From a virus: a stretch of DNA of 64,000 nucleotides. The translations under genes and the position numbers were made by a program. The stretch lies in the IMG/VR virus record IMGVR_UViG_3300022602_002120, positions 1 through 64,000 of that record. One strand, written 5' to 3'. Of this stretch, positions 57,184 through 64,000 are shown piece by piece; the stretch's first letter is position 1, and each line of letters starts with the position of its first letter. The notes under the pieces were generated by a model. The model was not told the DNA's origin, did not search any database, and saw only the letters and a list, made by a program, of their open reading frames with translations.

Positions 57184-58073
57184 AATTCGACCTCACGTTG
57201 CCATTGGTTTGAGTAACTTGTACCATTTAAGTTTTTTGTACAGGTTGCAACACAAGTTGCATTAGGTGATATCGAATCCCAGGATTCTTGCACAATGTTA
57301 AAATAGTCAATAGTGTGACTAGTATTGCCCAACCAGCAACACGGATACACTATACCCTTGGTAGAAATATATAGACTTTGTTCTTTAAGAGCAACACAAT
57401 CAATAGTTCCGATATTTACACTAGGATTTTTCCATCCGGTAGGGGGATTTAAAAAAGATATAGGGTGATTAGTATGCCGACGACTAACTTTAGCTCGAAA
57501 CCATTTAAATCCTAATTCTTTTGCTAATGTTTGTGCTTGATCTACCTGATGTTGATTATGTTCAAATACTAACATTTCCCAGTGAGCTCTACCGCCGGCG
57601 GCAATAAATGCCTGCGCATTTTCTATAACCTTATCCCAACCAACATTTACTCTGTATATGTGATTGGTATCGTTTAATCCGTCGATACTAAAAATTACAT
57701 AATCTTTCTGATAAGATAACATTGCACCTAAAGAACTCCACCAAGTAGTAGACCGTAGACCTCCATTAGTATTCATACCTAATGTTATTGTGGGATTTAA
57801 TTTACGAAAATAGCTATAAATTTCTAAGGTGTGCTTGCCTGCGGCAGGATCGCCATAATTTCCACACATATACATCTTGTCTAATGCTTTGATAGTATCT
57901 TCTGAAATAGCATCTGCTATATTATCTACAGTTAAATGGTGCAGCACAGACTTATCAAACGTAGGATCAGTTTCTCTGCTACATTGCGGACATGCAGCAT
58001 TACAAGCATCTGTAGGTTCTACGTGTAATATTTTAGGTAACATCAACATCAGTATTATATGTAGTAAATCCAT
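57180..58073 (-). CDS. Radical SAM protein, tandem paralogue (true start probably 58049 or 58043)
   Basis: CNAACPQC, MCGNYGDP, FSIDG, LYISTKGIVYPCCW. Confidence 0.9.
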   Translation of the reverse strand: MDLLHIILMLMLPKILHVEPTDACNAACPQCSRETDPTFDKSVLHHLTVDNIADAISEDTIKALDKMYMCGNYGDPAAGKHTLEIYSYFRKLNPTITLGMNTNGGLRSTTWWSSLGAMLSYQKDYVIFSIDGLNDTNHIYRVNVGWDKVIENAQAFIAAGGRAHWEMLVFEHNQHQVDQAQTLAKELGFKWFRAKVSRRHTNHPISFLNPPTGWKNPSVNIGTIDCVALKEQSLYISTKGIVYPCCWLGNTSHTIDYFNIVQESWDSISPNATCVATCTKNLNGTSYSNQWQREVEF

Positions 58074-59808
58074 TCTCTTTTACTACTGTTAAAATATTGT
58101 TTACACGACCCGCTAGTTCATCTTTATGCGATACTAACCAAATAGATTTGTTATTCTCTCTGGTCATTTTCTTAAGGATAGCAAGAGCATTTTCTACACC
58201 CGACGTATCCATACCGCTGTCAACAAGTTCGTCGATAAACAATAAGTTAATTGGTTGATATAAACTTTCCCACACATCACGGAATGCCCATGATAAGCTA
58301 AGGATAAGTCTATTGCGCTCTCCACGGCTTAAGTTATCAAAATCTAACTCTCTGCCTAATTCTTCAATTTGTACACTTAGATCATTTAAGAATTTAACCT
58401 GATGTGGTAATCCAATTTTATCTAAGTAGTGGCTTAAGCGAGCATTTAAATAGCTTAAGTTCTGATCAATAATGCGTTTACGAATATAACTGTCTTTATT
58501 AGTTAGTAATTTATGTAGGAACTCTTGGTGTTCTTTAATACGTACTAGTTCATTCATATTAGTATAATCAATTTCAGCAAGTGCTGTAGTGCGCATTTCA
58601 GCTATCTGTTCTGTATAAGGATCAGTTTCTGCTTGCTTACTTATTAATTGTGTTTGTAAACTAGCCACAGTACTACGATGATGGATAGCATCTTCTTCTT
58701 TATCATAGTAAACTTTAGGTGGCGCACCTAATTCTCCTAATGCTGATTTGGCATCGCCTAGGTCTAATAGTAATTTCTCAGCGGTACTATAAGCTAAAGC
58801 TGACTCCTCTAATGATGCTTGTTTAGTTGCTAATACTTCTTCATGCTTGCTATCGTGTAAGTCTTGACCGCAAGCATAACATTTGTGATTGTTTAAGTCG
58901 GCAATTTCTTTGTCTAATTTTTTAATAGTTTTTTGCTCGCGATCCATATCGTTGCTAGCACGCTGTAAAGCTGTGTTAAGGTCTGTTAGGTCTCTACGCT
59001 TTTGATTGTATGCTGTGAGTTTTTTGTGAGCAGCAATTTCAGCGTCAATGTCGATGTGGGATAATTCTTCAATGGCAGCTACTAGCTTTGACACATCCTC
59101 AATATGTTTAGTAGTCCACATAGTTTGGCGACGTTCTAAGCTAACAATCTGTTCTTCGATACGCTTATTAGCATCAGTAATTGCTTTGATGTTAAATTCT
59201 TCTTGAGTAATCGCATCTCTGGTTGCTTTACTTTGCTCTTTAAGTGCTTCTGCTTTTTCACTTAATAGAGTAATACCAAGTAATTGTTCAATAATAGCAC
59301 GCTGATCATTCGCCTTAAGACTTAAAAACGGTTCTGTGTAGGTGTTAAGTGCAACAATGTGCTTGAACATGTCATGAGACATGCCTAGCAAGCGTTCAAT
59401 TTCGGCTTGTGTTTCTCGACTGTCACCTTGACTGTTATCATCTTTAGCTTCTTGTTCGATATCTCCAATATAAAACTTCATTACATTATGTTTACGACCG
59501 CGCTCAATCTTATAGTCGACCCCATTTACTTCAAAATCAATAGTAACTAACATGTTCTTAGCGTTAGTTTTATTGATCAAGTTATCTTTACGAATATTAG
59601 TTAGAGCATTGCCGTATAAGGCATAACTTAATGCGTTAATGATAGTAGTTTTACCTGTACCATTACGTGCTCCGCTGTCATCACCACCTAAGTCAATATT
59701 CTCGCCTAGGACTAAGGTCAAGTCCTTGCGATCAAAGTTGACGGCCTGCGTAGCATTACCCACACTCATAAAGTTTTTAACTGTAAGATATTTGATACGG
59801 AAACTCAT
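58033..59808 (-). CDS. gp46: Recombination endonuclease subunit gp46 (SbcC/Rad50-like ATPase)
   Basis: NGTGKTT, CYAC zinc hook, LSRGE signature, LLFIDELVD. Confidence 0.95.
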   Translation of the reverse strand: MSFRIKYLTVKNFMSVGNATQAVNFDRKDLTLVLGENIDLGGDDSGARNGTGKTTIINALSYALYGNALTNIRKDNLINKTNAKNMLVTIDFEVNGVDYKIERGRKHNVMKFYIGDIEQEAKDDNSQGDSRETQAEIERLLGMSHDMFKHIVALNTYTEPFLSLKANDQRAIIEQLLGITLLSEKAEALKEQSKATRDAITQEEFNIKAITDANKRIEEQIVSLERRQTMWTTKHIEDVSKLVAAIEELSHIDIDAEIAAHKKLTAYNQKRRDLTDLNTALQRASNDMDREQKTIKKLDKEIADLNNHKCYACGQDLHDSKHEEVLATKQASLEESALAYSTAEKLLLDLGDAKSALGELGAPPKVYYDKEEDAIHHRSTVASLQTQLISKQAETDPYTEQIAEMRTTALAEIDYTNMNELVRIKEHQEFLHKLLTNKDSYIRKRIIDQNLSYLNARLSHYLDKIGLPHQVKFLNDLSVQIEELGRELDFDNLSRGERNRLILSLSWAFRDVWESLYQPINLLFIDELVDSGMDTSGVENALAILKKMTRENNKSIWLVSHKDELAGRVNNILTVVKENGFTTYNTDVDVT

Positions 59809-60821
59809 AGATGTCTGTAGATATCCAATAATAAATTAGGATCGTAATGATCACTGTTAATGTTTGTTAGATTATTTGTAACGATAGTATCAATACTTTC
59901 AAACTGTACATTACCTAGTTGAATATCTTGGCCGATATCCATATTTTTAGCAGGTATCAGTGTAAGCTCACGTAAATTATAAGTTCCTACAAAAGTTTCT
60001 TTAATAAAAGTAGCTTCTTCGTAGGTAATATCAACATCAATATTAACGCGACAGTGCATATCCTTCAGTAACAAGTTTTCTGGAATACGTAGAATATCAC
60101 TTAGATTGTACACACGATATTTAGGTTGGTCAGGCCAATTGTGAAACTCTGGTTCCTTGCCCCAATCTAAGATCATCATACCTCTGTCGTCGTCACTAGC
60201 ATCGGCATAATTATGTGGGAAACAATTACCGATATAGGTAATATTTTTAGAATGTTGACGCTTATGAAAGTGTCCGCTGAATACGTGTTCTATATGACCA
60301 AAATGTTCACCACGTAGTTCGCCGTGTTCTGGCATTTGTACCATAGCATTCATAAAGAAATGCGGCAATTCAAAATGCCCAAATACGTATTTGCCCTTTA
60401 GCTTAGGTATCCGCTTATGATCGTCGCCGACAAGCCAAGGAGCAATGACAACGTCACTGTCTGAAAACCAGTCATTAACAATTTTAACGTTGGGTAGGTG
60501 TTTTGCCCATTCCACGCTTTGTACGTCACGCTTGTCTCTATAGTAGAGATCGTGATTGCCAGGGATAAAATATACAATATCAAATGCGGCATTTAATAAC
60601 TCCAGGGCTTGTAAACTGTAGTTAAGAGTGACAATGTTAATTGCCGCACGATTATTATGCCAGTCGCCAAGGAAGAAACAGGTTTCACACCCTTCTTCTT
60701 TAGCTTTAGTAATAAACCATTTAACAAAGGTTAAACAATCGTCATTGTGTGCTTGGCTGTTAGACTTTAATCCGAAATGAATGTCAGTACAAACAGCCGC
60801 TTTTTTAAATAAATTAGCCAT
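59805..60821 (-). CDS. gp47: Recombination endonuclease subunit gp47 (Mre11/SbcD-like)
   Basis: TDIHFG, LGDWHN, PGNHD, GHFEL, SGHFH metallophosphoesterase motifs. Confidence 0.95.
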   Translation of the reverse strand: MANLFKKAAVCTDIHFGLKSNSQAHNDDCLTFVKWFITKAKEEGCETCFFLGDWHNNRAAINIVTLNYSLQALELLNAAFDIVYFIPGNHDLYYRDKRDVQSVEWAKHLPNVKIVNDWFSDSDVVIAPWLVGDDHKRIPKLKGKYVFGHFELPHFFMNAMVQMPEHGELRGEHFGHIEHVFSGHFHKRQHSKNITYIGNCFPHNYADASDDDRGMMILDWGKEPEFHNWPDQPKYRVYNLSDILRIPENLLLKDMHCRVNIDVDITYEEATFIKETFVGTYNLRELTLIPAKNMDIGQDIQLGNVQFESIDTIVTNNLTNINSDHYDPNLLLDIYRHL

Positions 60822-60873
60822 AGTTATAGTGTATACGAATCCTTGTAGTAAGGTCTAGTTAAATGTAGCCAAA

Positions 60874-61755
60874 TTATTCATCCGCACCCCAACCACCTCC
60901 ACCCCAATCGCCTTGTCGAGTGTACGAAGGAGTATAGTTGTTCATTTCTAAGATATCATCACGAATGTTTTGATTGCGCTTTTCGATGTTTAGAACACGA
61001 GTAAATGAATTTGTAATTGCAGCTGTATAATAAGCGAATGGATTTTGTGATTTGCTTTCGTCGAATTGAAGACCGATTTGACTTAATTGTAGTAGTGCTT
61101 GACTACGCATTTCGTCATTGTAGGTATAACCACGCCAGTTACTACGTGTAGCATAACGTTCGCATAATTTGATGAACATGTGTGCTAGTTTAGCTGTCAT
61201 AGCACCATGATCTTTACTAAACTTGCCTTTTTCTAAGTCACCTTTCCAATGGCTTTTGCCTACTAGATAAGGAGTATTATTTTCATCTACTTTATAGTGC
61301 ATGAATGGAGGGAAGTTACATTTAGTATACTTAGTTGCACCTTTAACTACAACTGGCTCGTCGTATTCGGTTTCAAAGTTGTCTTCATCTGCGTCGTATT
61401 CTTCTTGAGCTTTGGCATCAGCTTTCTTTTGCTTCGCTTCGTCGATGGGTATATGTTCCCAGGTCATAACACGGAACACTACATCTGTACTTGGAGTATC
61501 TTTTAAAGGGGAAGTGTATTCGTCTAATTTCTTTTTAACACCGTTGAGTAGATCTTGTTCTTGTAGTTCTTTACCTAAACGTTCTATACGGGCTTTGCGT
61601 GCTTCTTCTATATGTTTTTTAGTAATTTTGTCGACGCTAGGTACAATCATATCGTAGTCTTTATAACTAGGATCTATAAAACTACAAAACGTTGACTTAC
61701 TTTTGTGAATTTCTTTTAATATATCTTTATTATTTAGGTAATTTACCTTTCTCAT
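60874..61755 (-). CDS. gp55: Late-transcription sigma factor gp55
   Basis: YLNNKDILKEI, SNWRGYTYNDEM, FDESKSQNPFAYYTAAITNSF. Confidence 0.92.
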   Translation of the reverse strand: MRKVNYLNNKDILKEIHKSKSTFCSFIDPSYKDYDMIVPSVDKITKKHIEEARKARIERLGKELQEQDLLNGVKKKLDEYTSPLKDTPSTDVVFRVMTWEHIPIDEAKQKKADAKAQEEYDADEDNFETEYDEPVVVKGATKYTKCNFPPFMHYKVDENNTPYLVGKSHWKGDLEKGKFSKDHGAMTAKLAHMFIKLCERYATRSNWRGYTYNDEMRSQALLQLSQIGLQFDESKSQNPFAYYTAAITNSFTRVLNIEKRNQNIRDDILEMNNYTPSYTRQGDWGGGGWGADE

Positions 61756-61827
61756 GGTTAGAGGAATCCTTTTAATATACTACTATAATACAGTCAATAA
61801 ATACAGTAAAGCAAGAGGTTTTAGATA

Positions 61828-62880
61828 ATGGCATTAAATTTAGGTGGTTTATTCAACCAATCAGCTGGTAGCTCAACCACCCAGGCATTAACTGGGGGTA
61901 CTAGTGTATTCTCTTTATTAGATCCAAGCAATGCTCGCAACGCTATTTCTGGGCTATTGCCAGGCGGAATGAGTAGTGCTGCCAAAGCTACACCTAATAT
62001 AGGCTTCCAAACCGCTGGTGGAAATGGTGGTGCAACGGCCGCAAATGAAAATGACTGGCGAGTAAGAATAAGTTTATCTCCAGGAGCCAAGATTTGGTAT
62101 CAAGATCCAACATTGATATCAAATGCTCTAATGTATCCACTAGTTGAAACCAATGGTGTAGTGTTCCCATATACACCAGCTATTACTATCAACCATAATG
62201 CTAACTACAGTACTGCACAGCTTACACATAGTAATTATCCCGCGCATTTCTACAACTATTCAGAAGTGGCAGACATACAGATAGGCGGCGAATTTACTGT
62301 ACAAAACCCAAGCGATGGCCAATACCTAATGGCGGCCATATACTTTTTCCGTTCAGCAACTAAGATGTTCTTTGGACAAGGTGATAATGTAGGTAACCCA
62401 CCACCAATGGTATATCTAGATGGATATGGAAGTCACTACTTTCCGCATGTTCCTTGCGTAGTTACTAGCTTTCAGCATCAATTACCTGATGATGTAGACT
62501 ACATTCAAGTGCCTATCAGCAGAACTACTATGCAGGAGTCGCAGATTTCTCCATCTAGTGCTACAAATAATACAACACCAGACCTTGCAACCAACAGTAT
62601 CACAGGTCCTAACGGTGAAACGTATACTCCAAATTGGAACTTTACCGGATCAGCAACGGGTGATGCTGCCCTAGCAGCTAACAATAACACAATGAATACT
62701 ACAAAAACACAGTATAGTACTATTACAACTACTACACGCTTACCAACGAGAAGTAGCATTTCAATTACATTAAAACCAATGTATAGTCGTAAAAATCTTG
62801 CTGATAACTTTGATCTTAACAAATTTGCCCAAGGAATGTTGTTGGCTAATCCAACCACAGGTGCAGGAGGATTTATCTAA
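61828..62880 (+). CDS. Baseplate / tube-initiator protein (gp48/gp54-like)
   Basis: VVFPYTPAI...H.ANY, FFRSATKMFFG, PPP...L.GYG...F..VPCVVTSF; TAAATA at 61798-61803. Confidence 0.65.
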   Translation: MALNLGGLFNQSAGSSTTQALTGGTSVFSLLDPSNARNAISGLLPGGMSSAAKATPNIGFQTAGGNGGATAANENDWRVRISLSPGAKIWYQDPTLISNALMYPLVETNGVVFPYTPAITINHNANYSTAQLTHSNYPAHFYNYSEVADIQIGGEFTVQNPSDGQYLMAAIYFFRSATKMFFGQGDNVGNPPPMVYLDGYGSHYFPHVPCVVTSFQHQLPDDVDYIQVPISRTTMQESQISPSSATNNTTPDLATNSITGPNGETYTPNWNFTGSATGDAALAANNNTMNTTKTQYSTITTTTRLPTRSSISITLKPMYSRKNLADNFDLNKFAQGMLLANPTTGAGGFI

Positions 62881-63182
62881 TGACTGTTAATTATAGTAAA
62901 TCTAGCCCATACGCTAACACAAACTTTTACGGTTTCTTTTTAGATGTCGCTACATTGCCTAATATTCCTATAGATCCTACGGATGTACTATATGAAATTG
63001 ATGCTATCTATGAAAGTCGCCCAGACTTATTAGCCTACGACTTATATGGTGATCCTAGCCTATGGTGGGTATTTTGTATACGTAATCCTAATGTACTTCA
63101 AGATCCTACATATGATTTTGTTCCTGGGGTAACTATCTATATCCCGCAAAAACAAAATTTAGTAGCGGCTCTAGGACTATAA
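62880..63182 (+). CDS. Baseplate wedge gp53-like (LysM-like) protein
   Basis: RPDLLAYDLYGDPSLWWVF...N...DP.....G..I.IP. Confidence 0.8.
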   Translation: MTVNYSKSSPYANTNFYGFFLDVATLPNIPIDPTDVLYEIDAIYESRPDLLAYDLYGDPSLWWVFCIRNPNVLQDPTYDFVPGVTIYIPQKQNLVAALGL

Positions 63183-63187
63183 TATAA

Positions 63188-64000
63188 ATGTCAATAACTC
63201 CAGCACCATCACTTAGTCAGGTAATACAAAGTGCTAGCGGCTATTTAATAGCTCTAACCACAGGCGGTGAAACAGTTAAGCTAACTGGTAATGCCAATTG
63301 GCGCAACAACAATCCTGGTAATCTGCGCCCTACAGCATTTACAAGAGCTCAACCCGGTTTCATTGGTGTAGCTGATACAAGCAGCGGACAATTTGCTGTG
63401 TTTGACACTTATGCACACGGCGCACTAGCTCAGCAGACCCTATTGTTTAGTACTACAGCGTATGCAGGACTTACTATAGCTCAGGCAATTGCCAAGTATG
63501 CTCCGGCAACTGAGAATAATGTACAATCTTATATTTCATCTGTGGTTAATGCCCTAGGAGTTGCAGCCAGCACATTAATGAACGCATTGACCCCTAGTCA
63601 ACAGCAGACATTAGTGACATCTATGCAGAAAGTGGAAGGATATGTTCCAGGACAAGTACAAAAAATATCAGACCCTTCATCTTTAACTAATGCGTCTACA
63701 CCTAATCCGTCGGAGGCTAATTCTGCAGATGCTTCTCAAGTTTATGTAGTGAATAATTCGCCACCTATACCTAACAGATTAGCTAATTATGCAAACTACA
63801 TATATTCGTTAAGTTTACACATGTTAACAAATGAGGAATATAATAATATTGTAGTCACACAACAATATACTCCTAAGAATGTTATTATTGCCAGTGCTGG
63901 CCGTCATGGTGTTAATTTTCCTCGTAACCCTAATTGGAGTGAAGATTTTTACTTTGAAAACTTTACTATGCAGACTATTATTAGTCCCAATGATGAAAGT
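63188..64000 (+). CDS. Baseplate hub-like protein with an N-terminal lysozyme-like domain (truncated at the window end)
   Basis: Not in the track. ATG at 63188 gives ...WRNNNPGNLR...AVFDT...TIAQAIAKYAP..ENN...YI..V, then NRLANYANYIYSLSLHML. Confidence 0.7.
   Translation, partial: MSITPAPSLSQVIQSASGYLIALTTGGETVKLTGNANWRNNNPGNLRPTAFTRAQPGFIGVADTSSGQFAVFDTYAHGALAQQTLLFSTTAYAGLTIAQAIAKYAPATENNVQSYISSVVNALGVAASTLMNALTPSQQQTLVTSMQKVEGYVPGQVQKISDPSSLTNASTPNPSEANSADASQVYVVNNSPPIPNRLANYANYIYSLSLHMLTNEEYNNIVVTQQYTPKNVIIASAGRHGVNFPRNPNWSEDFYFENFTMQTIISPNDES

Larger units (their letters stand above)
3860..61803. promoter_or_regulatory. Set of T4-type late promoters (core TAAATA)
   Basis: Minus strand: 3860, 9923, 12382, 17936, 18456, 20463, 21172, 24582, 26626, 37405, 41815, 43254, 44741, 49146, 49440, 51196/51203, 53864. 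Plus strand: 24640, 28516, 53838, 61798. Each lies just upstream of a start codon, and gp55 is encoded in the window. Confidence 0.85.

Noticed and set aside
620-62858. Numerous antisense or alternate-frame ORFs in the track (e.g. 620-961, 4215-4541, 8204-8521, 14784-15161, 46353-46763, 62505-62858)
   Set aside because: They are shadows of well-supported genes, with no SD or promoter and low-complexity antisense composition.
1-64000. Stop-codon reassignment, as seen in some jumbo phages
   Set aside because: Core genes are full length in code 11, and TAA, TAG and TGA all serve as stops.

Overview
A 64-kb segment of a large T4-like (myovirus, probably jumbo) phage genome, AT-rich and read in standard code 11. 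It holds the core morphogenesis genes: terminase, portal gp20, protease gp21, scaffold gp22, capsid gp23, neck gp13/14/15, sheath gp18, tube gp19, gp4, baseplate genes, a tape-measure-like gene and a modular fibre cluster. It also holds replication/recombination genes (gp32, uvsX, uvsY, gp46, gp47, dNMP kinase) and late sigma gp55. About 20 TAAATA late promoters and several sigma70 promoters are visible. Accessory genes include SAH hydrolase (ahcY, truncated at the left edge), an RNA polymerase omega subunit, three radical SAM enzymes, a methyltransferase and sugar-nucleotide-type enzymes. The main unexplained signals are four. (1) A ~450-nt ORF-free, minus-strand structured RNA candidate (55060-55500) directly after a minimal GIY-YIG nuclease and an Hc1-like gene; it shares a 16-nt motif with a late mRNA leader 10.7 kb away. 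(2) A probable -1 ribosomal frameshift fusing the gp26-like gene to the next ORF. (3) Polyprotein-like head proteins with protease-type sites and a shared LAG(L/M) motif. (4) A phage-encoded omega subunit. All calls come from recognising motifs by eye; no database searches were run.
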